From Phoronis australis (taxonomy: Eukaryota > Animalia > Phoronida): a stretch of DNA of 64,000 nt. The notes beneath the pieces were generated by a model, which was given only the letters and a program-made list of their open reading frames with translations, was not told where the DNA came from and ran no database searches. The stretch covers positions 1,041,330-1,105,329 of the forward strand of contig NMRA01000026.1 of NCBI GenBank assembly GCA_002633005.1. The letters are read 5' to 3'. Shown here piece after piece: positions 51,228 through 64,000 of this stretch; within the stretch, counting starts at the first letter, position 1, and each line of letters starts with the position of its first letter. The translations under genes were made by a program, and so were the position numbers.

Positions 51228-53940
51228 TGATGTTATACACTATGTGGATGTTTGAAAATATTGCATCAGTGGCTATACTAAGTGATACATAGTCTTGTTT
51301 TGCATGATAAACAAAGAAAGTGCTTTGAGGAATCAGCCCATAAAAGAGCAGTCATCAAATCTCGAGTAACTGACCAGAGCAGTGTAGCTCCACTTACAAT
51401 TATTCATAAAATGGCCATCACTGTACCATATTGCATTTGATTTTTCCAACAAACAGTAAACCTCAAACTTTTAGCAAGATATGTTGTGTGTAAATATCAG
51501 GTACATAGAATGAAATATGCAATTTGTAATGTGATAGACCTTCAAAGGAGCAGCTAAAAATGGGCCATTGAAGGAACAGGCATCAGGCTCTAAATCTCAT
51601 TCCTTGATGAGATCTCACAAAACACCAAATTTCAGAATGATCTGGCTGCACAAATCAATCTCAAAAAATCTTTTGGAGCAGCAGAGGTATGGTTCCACAA
51701 AACAAAAATTTAAAATGGCCGCCACAGCACCATCTTACATCCAATTTCATCCAAACATAATGCATCTCAAACTATGAATTTCATGCCGATCTTATATTAA
51801 ATGTAAGTTGTATCACATGAGCAAAGAAACAAAAAACAAACAAACAAAACAATAATGAAAACAATTTGAAGAGCGACCGACACTGCAAAATCAACGGAAT
51901 AAGTGAAAAGCACTCATTTTCAATTCAAAACTTTTAAAAAAAGACTCTAACTCAGTTGGCAGAGATAGCGATGCCATAACCTAACCACTTGACCATCAGA
52001 TGTTGCTTGGCCATACTATTCAAATTTAAGCTATTTAAAATACAGTTTTTCACTATGAGTGTTTCGAATAAAAATGTGTAGTTAAAATTATGTAGGACCA
52101 TATACAATGTCCAAATCTAGATAACTTTGAATTATCGTATTTTATAGAGGTCTGATCAGAAACTTTACATACTATTGCTTTATGCTCTGAAGATGCTGTG
52201 TGCAATTGTTTTGTTATTAATGTTCTTCTTTTGTACGAGGAGCTATCAAAAATAGGACATTTACAATTTTCTTTAAAAAATTACTTCAACGGAAAATTGA
52301 AATGATGTTTTTGGAAACTGTAACAGGAATTTTGAAGTCTTATCGTGAACATTAAATTTGTTCCTGTTATTGAAACCAATTTGTTTTGCTATCAGTGTAT
52401 AGTTTTTCTTCACTTATTCGGTTCAAAATATGGTTGACAAGTGAAACTCTATTTTATCAAATTTCTCCACAGAAAAAAACCTCGCTGTGTGCCATTTAGA
52501 TCAGACAAAAATAGCATATGAGCAAACAAAATAACAAGTTTCAAGTATGAATATTATGACAGAGTTATAGACTTAAGTTTTGTCAAATAAAAATATCAAA
52601 TTGCTCTTTTAGATTCAGTGTCTCGTCTCTGCCACTGATCAAGTTGGAACATTTTGTTTCTCCTCTGTGGAAGATATAATTTGCCCAAGAAATCCTCTGG
52701 GTTATCCTCTTGTAATAAGGTTGGCCGATGATGGATAGTAATCAGTCAAATTGCATCTCTAAGACAGGATTTCAGGGGTTCATTATCCCTAGTAATGGGT
52801 TTAGCTGATTAGTTTGTGGGTGCTAAAGCACAGCTAATGGTGATGGGCAAAGAGCTGTCATTAGCCAATACAAACATTGTAGTCTACCATGAGGACTGTT
52901 GTGTCTAAGAGTGTAGGTGCAGATGCCAACTTGCTTTGTTTTAAAATGGTGAAGATTAATTTTTTATAGGAATGAAGATTAATTTTTTATAGGAAAGATG
53001 GCTAACTAACGCTTGTAGCCCGTTCACAAACTGTTAAATGCGAACATTTTGACTAGTAGCTGCTTTTGTAGCCAAACTGCTTACTTCAAGGGAACACTTG
53101 TGCACAGAATAGAGGCCTTGATTTATTGTTTGGTTAATTAATCACGACTGTAAATAGATGTGCTTTGACAACTATTTTTGTTTTGAAAGCAGATTGGGGT
53201 GGTGATGAAACAAGTTGTATTACATGTTGTTTTAAATAACCGGACAGCATATAACTCCTGACAGGTGAAGTAGTTGATCAAAAAATCGTAAATCAAAACT
53301 CTTTGGTATTATTACTTCAAACAAGGTCAAGCTTGTAGCCCTGTATTGATTACTCTCACATAGTCCCTTGGTTCTGATCTAATGGCTTGCTCACCATGAC
53401 CCTGTGGACCATGAGTGATGGCAGGCAGTACTGGTGAGAATGCACATTATTGCAAGACCTGTCTCTTGAGGAGATTAATGGTTCTTGTTCTGTCAAGTGA
53501 CTTTGATAAGCTCTTTACAAAATGTTTCAAAAATCCTAGTGCTATATATGGTATGAACATTATTGCAGATTCAGTCACTTAACCATGAACAAGGATATGA
53601 ATATTTAGTGCAAATGACTCTCTTAATACTTTGTACATTCAGAAATTCCCAAATTGTTATGCATATGTCAGTGTCTACTAACATTACCAAAAGTCAATTT
53701 GTTTGGATGTTTCATCATTGAAAATGTCTTCACATTTATCTTTCATGGCTCCAATACTTTTTTTACCGATTATTCACAGGTGCATCCTGGCAGCTATTAC
53801 TTATCCTTTGTGTTCAAACACTGGTTTAGTGGAATTAATTTCGTATGGGCTTCGTATTCAAAATCAGTTAAAGCAGAAAAAACCTCCTACAACAATTTTC
53901 TAATCCTCAATTGACTGAGTGCCTACCTATGAATGAAAAT

Positions 53941-54170
53941 GAGGAGGTAGTGAGGCCTTAAGTTGGATAAGTGTCAATGTCATGGGTCGGAGTCCCACAG
54001 GGACATACTGCTGGACCCTTGAGTCAGGTCTCTAGCTCCTCAGCTTGGTTTTGTCTATATATTACTGGTAGTAAAGCAGAAATATAGTTCTGTATGATCA
54101 GTGCAATGGACCCACCTAGCAGCTTGGGCACGTCTAGTACAACGTGTACCAGACCGCCAGCAATTATGTT
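53941..54170 (+). mobile_element. tRNA-derived SINE, same family as 39721-40016
   Basis: GAGG.AGTG.GG.CT...GGATAAGTGT head and GGGTCGGAGTCCCAC B-box-like motif. Shares AGTCAGGTCTC.AGCTCCTCAGCT, TGATCAGTGCAATGG and CGCCAGCAATTAT blocks with the other copy. Confidence 0.7.
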
Positions 54171-54436
54171 TTTATGAATGAAAATGAGACACCTCCATGT
54201 TTAAAAGTTGCTGGTAAACTTCCCCGCCTGGAAACAATCTGATTGAGACTCTGGCCTATATTTGTTTAACAATGTCATGTTACAAAAGAACATTTCATGA
54301 ATTTTAAGGCCATGTAACCATCATGACTAAAATCAGGTGAAGCCATAGATGAGGTTGATGTGAATGCGATTGTTGCTGCTCAGAGATCCTCAAGCTTTAT
54401 TTGTATGTTAGGCCAAGAAAGCACAACTGAGTGGTC

Positions 54437-56069
54437 TTTTTTATGCGCCCACATATTTATATGTGGACGCATTATGGTATCATCTCCGTCCGGCGTCCGT
54501 CCGTCCGGCGTCCGTCTGGCATCTGTACATCCGGCGTCCGCTGCTCTATCTCCAAAACGCCTTGACATATGTTCATGAAATTTTGCACGTGTTCCTTCCG
54601 TGGATGGGACGGCATGCGCAAACTTTTGGACGGATCCAACTACCGGTGTGTCCCCTAGGGGCAATTTTAGTTTTTTACGTTTACCTCTGTATCTTCAAAA
54701 GTACTGAACTGATTTTCATAAAATTTGGCATATAGGCGCCTATTAGTAAGATGACGCTATCATTCCGGTTTTCAGATGGATTTGACGTAGTTTGCGCCAC
54801 CTAGTGGCCATTTTTGCCGTTTTCGAGTCTTTTTTGCGTCCACCCCTCTGTCAACCAAACCGCTCAAATGATGTTTGTGAAAATTGGCATGTCTGTTGTT
54901 ATTATGAAGTGGACGGCTGCCGATGATTTTTGGACGACTTCGACTACTGTGACATTCAGATGGATCTGACCACTGGTGTGCCACCTAGTGGCAATTTTAA
55001 TTTTTTTACGTTTACCTCTATGTTCAAAGGTCCTCAAAGTATTTTCATAGAATGTGGCATAGAGGCATCTGTTAATGAGATGACGCTATCTCTCCGTTTT
55101 CAGATGGATTCGACCTAGTTTGCGCCACCTAGGGACCATTTTAACTTTTTTCGAGTCTGTTTTTTGGCGTCCATTCGTCTATCAACCAAACCGCTTTCAG
55201 GATAATTGTGAAAATTTGCATGTATGATTTTGCCATGAAGTGAACGGCTGACGACGATTTTCCGATTTTCCGACGAGTTCGACTACTTTGGCGCCTCCTA
55301 GTGGCAGTTGTTTTTTTTTGTGCTCATGGCTGTATCTATTAAACTGTTTGCAGGATCTTTACTTAATTTAGCAAGTGTAATAATATGATGTTGTCAATGG
55401 ATGACGACGAATTTCGGACAGATCTGACCAGTGGTGTGCCCCCTTGTGGCAATTTTAGTTTTTTACGTTTACCAGTCTGTATCTTCAAAGGTCCTCAACA
55501 GATTTTCATAAAGTTTTGAATACAGGCATCTATTGGTGAGATGATGCTATCATCCTGTTTTTGGATGAATCGAGGTATTTTGCGCCACCTGGTGGCCATT
55601 TTTTGTTGTTTTCAAATCTTGCTTTTGGCATCCACCCCTCGATCAACCAATCATTCCAGGTATGGTTTTGAAAATTGGCATATATGTTTTCAGTGTGAAG
55701 AGGACTACTGTGGCGCCTCCTAGAGGTAGTTTTGTTTTGCGCCCATAATTGTATCTCCAAAACACACTGCAGGATCTTTATTAAATTTAGTAAGTGAATT
55801 TATATGAAGATAACGACAGACGACGACTTTCAGGCAGAAGGAATGGACGCTGTGCCCACAAGTGGCAATTTCATTTTGTTCTGTTTTCCTTTGTTTCTCT
55901 GAAGTTCTTTGACAATTTTTATGAAATATGGCTTGTGCCCATTTTTTGATGGATTGTATGTTTTTGCGCCATCTAGTGGCCATTTTTATAATACAAATAA
56001 ATAACCCCAAAAGCACACCTTTTGCGATGCATTCGTGGGCACATTTCAACGCTCGGCGTTGCTCTTGTT
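54437..56069 (+). mobile_element. HINE family copy 3, structurally complete (about 1.63 kb)
   Basis: T-run, then 5' subTIR ATGCGCCCAC (54443), inverted copy GTGGACGCAT (54463), (CGTC)n microsatellite and tandem subunits. The 3' end has subTIR GTGGGCACAT (56035), hairpin CAACGC-TCG-GCGTTG and CTCTTGTT. Confidence 0.85.
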
Positions 56070-56454
56070 AGAAATGGAGTCAAAGGTTAAGTATATTTAT
56101 TTGCAAATCTACCCGAGATGAGCAGAATTTTTTACTCGTCACTTGGCAAGTCATGGCATTTCAAACCTTTCCATTGTTTTTTGTTCTGTTGTTCAGATTT
56201 TCAACAAAAAAACGGGAAACCTTGGCTAAAATTGATCTGTGAGGAATTTTTTTTTAGTTGGTGAGCGCAGGTCTAAAAATGAGTGGGGATCAAGACCAGA
56301 ACAAAGTTTGCTTTTTTGGCCTTATAAGCTAAAAGAAGAGTGTTACATTGCCTGAGACATTACAATCCTTCTTATGTTTCTTGTTGATGTTTAAATAACA
56401 ATGTTTTCAACTGAATTAAAGTGGTTTCAACAAGAGTTTCAATCTTTTTTTCAG

Positions 56455-56609
56455 ACTTGATGTGGACGCTTTACCTCAAAGTATGTCTTGAAAGGTTGCA
56501 ATCAAAATCGTCATTGAGCATAAAAATGGACGCTATTCAACACACAGGTGATGTTTTCCAACGAGCTTGTGACTGTGGGAAGTTGTCTGCCACCATGTTT
56601 TTGGAGTGG
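56455..56609 (+). CDS. UTP6: UTP6 exon: (D)LMWTLYLKVCLERLQSKSSLSIKMDAIQHTGDVFQRACDCGKLSATMFLEW
   Basis: ttttcag| and |gtaagt; 155 bp, phase 1/0, compatible with the exon ending at 19927; MW..Y...CLER HAT motif. Confidence 0.88.
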
Positions 56610-59396
56610 GTAAGTTTGGCAGGACTTTCACAACTTAGCATCAGTATGACAACCCTCATTGTAATTTAACCTGTGTTTGAACAACTTGCCTTTGAACCAT
56701 CGCCCCTGTGGCTTATGAAAAGTGATGTAAGTAATTATCTCCCATGAATTGCACCAGTTCCTATAGTGCGCATAACACATGTGCGGACCAATTTTTGTCC
56801 TGTCACTTTCCCCATCAAGAGGACGCTTGGATGATCAGGATGCAAGTTGCCCCTGGGGGAACTCCTGATGTGGAACTGGCAGTCTAGACACATGCTGAGA
56901 AGGCTTTGATCATCAGCACTAATTATCAAGTGTCTCATTGAGGACAATCTCCTGGCAGTAGTTGGAAAATGGGAATTGTGTGGAATGAAAGTAGTTCCTA
57001 CGTGGGTTGTTAACGTACTTTAGCCTATTATTTGGTCATGTGGTTCCACACTACAAAGTGGTGCAAAAATTGGAGGAAACTTCCGTGCGAGAGATGCACA
57101 TGAACTTAATCTCTGGTGCCCATGTTTTAGACCATCCCTAGGAGAATAAGTTAGTCTGTTTTGAGTTGATTTTTTACAAAATATGGTTATTGCGTCCATG
57201 CGTGCTTAGGCTGCAGGGCTGGACCCATTACTAATCACCTGGTTATGACTCATGAGACGCCCTCCTCCCTCCAGACATCAGTTTCTTGGCGAATGAACAA
57301 AAGGTACCTTACTCTGTGTTCACCTTAAACATGGTAGCCAGGAGAAGGTCTAATAATTCTCATGTTAATAATTCTCATGTGTTGTGGCAAGGTCTTGACC
57401 AATGGCTTCTGGCCAAAGTCAGCTCATCAAGTCAACATTATCTTACCCTTGTTGTGTATCCCCTTACTTGAAAAATGGTCTTTTAACTGTGTGTATTATG
57501 TAAGAGACTTCTTATCTGTTGATTACTTTTAAAATTGATGTTTCTTCAGTGAAGAACCTCTGACTGTTCTTGCTGGTGGGATAGTTCTTGTGATATCTTG
57601 CTGTTTGTTTATATGTTGTCATGTAAGACAAGAATTCTTTGGGTCTTTGATCTTTATGGCTGAGTGGAAAGTGGTGGTTTAGGATGTTATGCTGTAGGGC
57701 TGGAATGTGACTATTATCAACGCCCCTCCATCCCCCCATGTCCTATGCAGTATTATTACTGTATGTGGTTTAGGTTGAAAAGTTTCTTTCTTGGAGGGAT
57801 TGGGGGGGGGTTATAGTCACTTTGAATAATCTCAGATGCATACGCCACCTATCAGGCTGAGGAGGGATTTGTTGCACACCTCCAGCTACCCCTGAACTCA
57901 CGTCCGTAAAATTTCATTCTTCCTATTGCTAATACATATTGGACAATGAAAATGGTGTACTTTTTAGACGTTCTTTTAAAATTTCTCCATTAGTTTTTGC
58001 TAGTTTCAAATCTTACTACATGAGTTTTGAGAAAAGTTTACAAGTCTCGTGCATGTTGATCTGCTGATGGTTGCCTAGATGAGAATATTCATAGAAAAAG
58101 AATGTTTCAGAGTAGTTAAAAAGGACAGAAACAGTCAAACAAGCTGCTGCAGTCAGAAAAGATATACCGGTATGCTTTCCATAACGTAAACACTCATAAC
58201 CATCTGCCCAAACTACTGTCCAGCCCATAATAATTCATGGTTGTATATATCACTAGTTTACAGTCAATTAAGATCTGTCTTCTCATAAAAAGTGCCCTAA
58301 ACAGTGCCGAACAGCGGCACAACATGCCTCTGTTGATACACTGCACTATTCACTTTGTATCTATTGCATCACTAATGTGTGCTTAGGTCCTGTACTCCAT
58401 CTGTCATGGTATCTGTTGCCAATGTGCTTCATCTTCAGGCTTTGTCTGTCAGTGTTACCATTCTCTGGCTGTAAACACAGACTGAGTTATGATAAACATC
58501 TACCTGTGGGTTATGGTCAGTCTAGTGCACAACATGGTTCTTCATCCCATTCTTCCAACAACAAAACACTTGGTGAGAAAGATATCATCAAATAAGTATT
58601 TCTGCATGTGCCAGAAACATGGGGAAGCTTTGTGAGTGCTTGGGATTACAGAGAGGGACTGTTAGACTATGTGGGGGTGGTTCATATCCATGTCTAATTC
58701 AGAGTGGTAAAAAGTTAAAAACTTTTGTTCTTGACATCTATAAGTACTTAATCAATGCAGACATTTTAGACATCTGCAGGTATCATGACTGAGTCTCCAT
58801 TAGTCTTCACGCTCCCTTCAGGTGTCACTAGGTGAAATGTAGGAGTGTGCAAATGTTTTACTACCTCCAGCCTTGTTTATTAGAAAGTTTAGATTTTCAA
58901 GTATTTGTGGAAGCTAGCAAAGAATTTTTTAGATTACATTGAGGTTGCTGTGAACCATACGTCTCTATTCACTTTCAGCTCTATTTTACAAGTAGTGTGT
59001 TTTTGCTATTTTTCAATGTGGCTTAAAGCTCATACGCTGCCTGTGACCAAAATGTCGATTTTCTTCATGTGTGTGTGGGTTTGTTTCAAGCTCATCCCAT
59101 GTTTGGACTAACCTTCAGGTCAGTGTTTGAATTGAAATACTCTAAAATTGTGGGCTGTCCGTTAAGCCTGGCATGTCTGTCGAAAAGTTTTTTTTTTATT
59201 CATCTGGGATAGGCATCTCGGAGATATTAGCTTAGATAAGAGCTAAAACAATATCAACTGTTGTCATTTGTGGATTTTATTTTAAATTACGTGACTTGAC
59301 CAGTTACATATGCTCAATTTAAGTTGCTGCTACATAGCCATTGGTTTTGATTCCACGCTACTGCTAATTTCTGAAAATTTACTTTTCTTATCAAGA

Positions 59397-60059
59397 ATGA
59401 AAATAATAAGTGAAGATAGGTACCTTGATGTAAGTTTACAGCCGTTTCGACCCTATATCCCGGACTTGATTCACTATCGTGTGCACCCTCTGTGGTTAAG
59501 AATAAAACGATAAAAACAGTTAAACAGCACTGGGGATTCCCAAGTCGTTTCACAAACCGAATAACTCTATTCGGTCCATCCTCCTATCAGTGAAAGATGT
59601 TTCACCCCCCCTTCAAGAGGTGTGGTGTGATCTACAAATACAAGTGTGGTGAGTGTCCTGACAATTATATCGGTGTGACGGGTCGCCAATTATCGACCAG
59701 GGTTAAGGACCATCGTCACACCAACCTTAGACCTACTACTACTGTGGAAGAGTATGCAAGAGATCTTCGTCACCAGATCTCTGATGAGGACTTCAGTATA
59801 TTATGTCTATATCCAGAGAAGTGGAAGCGCAGGGTACGAAAAGCAGACCTAGTCTCAACAGAGGCCCTGGTGTCTGTTACGGGATTCCCCCCGACATTAG
59901 GGAATCCCCGGTACTGTTTTTATCGTTTTATTCTACAACGACAGGGGGCGCACCGAGTGTTGAATGAAGTGCGTGAGATATGGATGAAATGGCTGTACAC
60001 ATGCCACATCAAGGTGCGGTTCTTTGGTTACAAAAGGTATCTTCACTTAGTATTTTCAT
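59397..60059 (+). mobile_element. Penelope-like retroelement fragment: GIY-YIG endonuclease remnant between inverted pLTR copies
   Basis: FHKPNNSIRSILLSVKD, a +1 shift in a C7 run, then KRCGVIYKYKCGECPDNYIGVTGRQLSTRVKDH. 59397-59541 is an inverted, diverged copy of 59900-60059. Confidence 0.85.
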
Positions 60060-63000
60060 CACTTCAATGGAACACAGTAATATACATAGTCTTATCAAGA
60101 GTGCCATTTTAAATCGAAATATACTGTGCTGACAAGTACAAATTAAATGACTTTCTTCTTGAATACAGTTGTCTGGACAAAAAGGCGCACTCTATCAGAT
60201 TCGGAATGGCCATCGGTTTCTACAACAAAGCTATGATTTTCACATAGAAATTATGTAAAAAAAATTGCACAAAGTTTTGTGGTTGAGTCCTAATAAAAAG
60301 TAAATGAACACGTCCTAATAAAAAGTAAATGAACACTGTTGGCGTATAGGGAGTTTAAAGGGAGAATTACAAACAGGGCTACGTTAGTCTCGGTTGAGAC
60401 TCTGTAAAAATGTCATAAAATGGTGTCAGTGAAATGTGCCTCGGATATGTACTCAGTTTTAAGTTAAAAAACATTTAAACTTGGAATTATTTTCAGCAGT
60501 CATTGCTCTGCCAACCCTACAAATCAAAATCTAGAACATGCTATGAAAGAATATTGATAAGCATAGCCTCACAGGTAGCATCTTTTTGCTCAGCCAATTG
60601 CATGAATTAAACCATCGTGAGTGGTTATAAGTGAATGTTTGGAAAAGTAGCTGGTGGTCATTGAACTGAACTTGAGCATTTAACCAACTGAACACTGTAC
60701 ATGATCAAAAACACTGAAATTGTGACATCTGTCCTAGTCATCTGTTTTTCACTTTTCAGCAGATGATTGTTTGGAGATAACAGGGCTTAACTCCTGGAAA
60801 TCAGATTATTTAACACTGATAAGTTATCTGTCAAGGTTGTTTGGAAAATTGGAACAAATGTTCTTCAGAGGGCCAGCAGTATTAATTGGGTGTTGCTTAA
60901 GACATATTGTTTTCTACAGCTGGACAGTTGTGAGACTGAGATAATGTGAGTTGAAGAACAAATATTTAGCTGGAACTTGCATACCCTACCCATCTGAGAT
61001 AACACCCTGGGTACTTAATTTGAGAATTTCAAAAAATCAGGAGATGGGATTTGAGCCGACCACTGACTTTTAAAAACAAAATTTCTGAGAAGTCGGGGAA
61101 ACTGCATGGGCAGCCTGGCATCTTCAAGTAGGTATAAACAAATGAATTGCACCACGGTATAAGCAATCTTCATGTTGGCCAAAGAAATCTTAATCTCCAT
61201 AAAAACATTCATAAAATCTAAAATAAAGATAAAAATGACCAAGAAGTAATAAATGTGCATTGTCCAAGTTACAACTCGCAATTGTAAATAGCGTTCCCTT
61301 TAGAGGTAATTAAAGTCATCAAAATTACCAATATTATAATACGAGACATGCTAAAAATAATCGGCTTCCATTCAACCATCATGGCGGAATTTCATGTAAT
61401 TTGTGTGATGAGTTTGGCACATATTGATGAGAAAATCAAGTTTACAGTGGCAAATGTAGATGAAGACGTAATCAAGCAACTTCATTTAGTGCCTGACATA
61501 TCCTATCAAATTGGGAACACTAACTTTACATGTAAATATGTCTGATAATGTACTCTAGGCAGAGATTTAAGATGGCACTGGATGAAACTTCAAGGAAAAT
61601 TATTATGTACCCATGCTAATTCAATTTTGGTAGCGGTCTTTTTGAGGTTTTAGTCATCGGATACAGGTCTAATGATTCCAAAAGAGTATACATTTTATCT
61701 CAGTAAATTATATATTTTTGAAACTAGAAAGCCAGTAGAATTTGATTTTGACTTTTTACCATTTTGCCATTAATTAGGTCATGTGACCGTGTATTTTTAA
61801 TAAGATTTAATTAGAGAAAGCAAGGTACATTCATGGGAAAACAGTAACATCGATAACATAATTTTGATTGATATAAATGTTCGAGATGAAATCTCAAAAA
61901 CACTGTAGCATTTTTCAGAATTATCTTTTCACTGCAGATTTTACTGTTTTCATGAAAATCTATTTTTGATAGCCCCTCATGCAAAAGTGGACATTTGAAA
62001 AAAATCTCCAACTGCATTTTACAGAACAGTGCATAAAGAGGTGTATTTGAAAGTTCTGTATGAATCTCTTCATCCTTTTTTTGACATATGTTCTGAAGTT
62101 AACGGAATAAGAAATGTTTCTATGGTCCTTAAAGCTTTCATTTACCTGTTAGCTATAAATGAAATTTCTTTTAAGCAATTCTTGTAATAGGTTTTCGTTT
62201 TTTTTGGCTGAAGCAAAATGATTGCACAAGCCTCTTAGTCGTTCCAGGAAGATATCGTGGGATGCACTGGAATCATTGTGAAGTTGAAATACGCAACTGA
62301 AATATTGACTGCTGTCTTTATTCAAGGCTGTTGAGGTTAAGGTCAATTCTATTTTTATTGTTCTAGTGTTGTGAGAACAAACCCATCTATGAACCCAATA
62401 ACTTCCTGTTCTGAGCACACTGAAGCCATTCAACCCATTACATGTCAATGTCTGATACATTATCCTTTGTTTTATTTCTACAACTTCATCAGTTCCTTAT
62501 GTAACATGCCTGCCTAATGGGTGTATTATAAATCCATTAAGCAGATGACCAACTGGAGCTCCACCTCTTGGCATAATCCTAAATTGCCCAAATGTGACCT
62601 GGTGAAAACAGTGCTTGACTACAAATTGATGTCATCAGTCTGTCAATTGTGGAGGGAGGGGGGGAGTGTTTGGTCGCAGAAATTTACAGCTTGTTAATGA
62701 AGCTTTAATTAACCCCAGGATCTCCGTGTCAACCGAAGTATCAATAATTTGCAATTGTTATCGAATTAAAGTAGTAATTGCAACACTTTGAAGACTCCTT
62801 TTTCTTTGCATTTAGGGCTAGCTCACAGCATGAATATTGAGCCAGAGGTGGATTATGTGAAAATGTGACTAACCTTGAAAGTTACTGGATTAATATTAAA
62901 ATCATCAGCTTTTTCAAATGCACTCTAAAACTGAACACAGATGATTGTGAGGTTGAAAAAGGAGCTTGTATTATGGGAATGTCTTCATGGCAACTTTTTG

Positions 63001-63900
63001 ACAATCTCGTCAATTTTCAAAAAATATAGGTGTAAACAGCTCTTGCTCTCTTAACTTACATGGGGGATTGCACGTGACCTTGTTTGTTTAATCTATGTAA
63101 TTACATATTTAAAATGGTGGATGAAACTGCAACTTGCATGCTCCACGCAGGCTTACTTCTTACTTGACGCAAAAGCAGACATTTTGGACATGTTGTCAGT
63201 GCACAAGTCAGGAACGGGCCCATCTGGTTTTTGCAGAACATTTCCGACTCTCATTTGTTTACTTACTGTAGTATTTTGAGCACGTGGCACAGAAGTGCAC
63301 GTGGCAACTTCATGGTGACTTTGGATCATTACCGGGTTGCCAAACAAAATCTGAGCCCTTCCAGCATTAAGGCATATTGTATAAGTTTGAAAAATGTGTT
63401 TGTAACAGTTCCTTAAGGTTTGAAGTAAGTTAATCAATGTAATGGTAGCTCAAGCAACAGTGTTATTTAGAACTGATAGGTAGTCGAGAACACATTTGTT
63501 TGTTTGTTAGGTTTGTGTGGAGTATGTGAGATGCTGAATTTGATCATATTTTATTTTCTATTGAATAGCAGCATGTTTGACACGCATGCAGAATAATGAC
63601 ATTATCACATTTTGATTTCTCATGATTATGAAATGAAGATTATGAGCAAAAACAATTTCTAAGAATGGACCATACCTGGTCCAGTTCATCAGTAAAGCCA
63701 AAGTAGCTACGGTATCTCAGCAACTGAAATGTTTATTAAATGGAAGCAGAACTCAAAATCAGTGAATGTGCTATCTTGACCTTGATTTTTTTGGTGGTTT
63801 TTGTTATGCTTCAGTGAAATAAATCACATGAATTGGCAAGGTGTGTTGAAATTAATGTGTTTTTATTTTCAAAACAGTTTATCATTTAATTTGGTTTCAG

Positions 63901-64000
63901 GTAAATTTTCTAACCAACACTGCTCAAGTACAGAAAGCCAGTACAGTCGTCAAACAAGGGACAGAGGTGCACAAATCCAACGTGCACCTGTGGGTGGCCA
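63901..64000 (+). CDS. UTP6: UTP6 exon, truncated by the window end: VNFLTNTAQVQKASTVVKQGTEVHKSNVHLWVA
   Basis: ggtttcag| acceptor, phase 0, open to the window end; A..V...GTE.......W HAT pattern. Confidence 0.8.

Noticed and set aside
54360-56049. Multiple 60-110-aa ORFs in the HINE copies (also 7825-8151 and 12109-12880)
   Set aside because: They lie in non-coding tandem subunits, and frames are not conserved between copies.
60286-60336. 25-bp tandem duplication (and a 24-bp one near 52950)
   Set aside because: Ordinary slippage duplications with no further structure.
61348-61545. ORF containing MAEF, resembling a UTP6 start
   Set aside because: It lies downstream within an intron, and the following residues do not match UTP6.

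Overview
AT-rich animal (metazoan, probably marine invertebrate) genomic DNA with two assembly gaps (1725-1947, 35555-35650); it is not prokaryotic, and most listed ORFs are spurious. The backbone is a + strand spliced gene for the HAT-repeat U3 snoRNP/SSU-processome protein UTP6. Ten coding exons (5326 to the window end) join in frame across GT-AG introns; the first coding exon was not found, and the gene runs off the right edge. Its 36.5-kb intron (19928-56454) hosts an antisense nested gene whose intronless 257-aa CDS (24374-23601) looks like an uncharacterised type III single-pass membrane adaptor. The introns also hold many mobile elements. One is an internally deleted Kolobok-like transposon (147-bp TIRs, THAP-transposase remnant plus a convergent P2X7-ballast/KolX-like ORF) nested in a Helentron/DINE-1-type (HINE) element. 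Three copies of that HINE family each carry a same-orientation array of CTCF-like motifs. There are also CCGTA-ended TA-target MITEs, a foldback element, tRNA-derived SINEs, a Penelope GIY-YIG fragment with inverted hammerhead-like pLTRs, and several minisatellites. Family assignments come from recognising motifs by eye; no searches were run.
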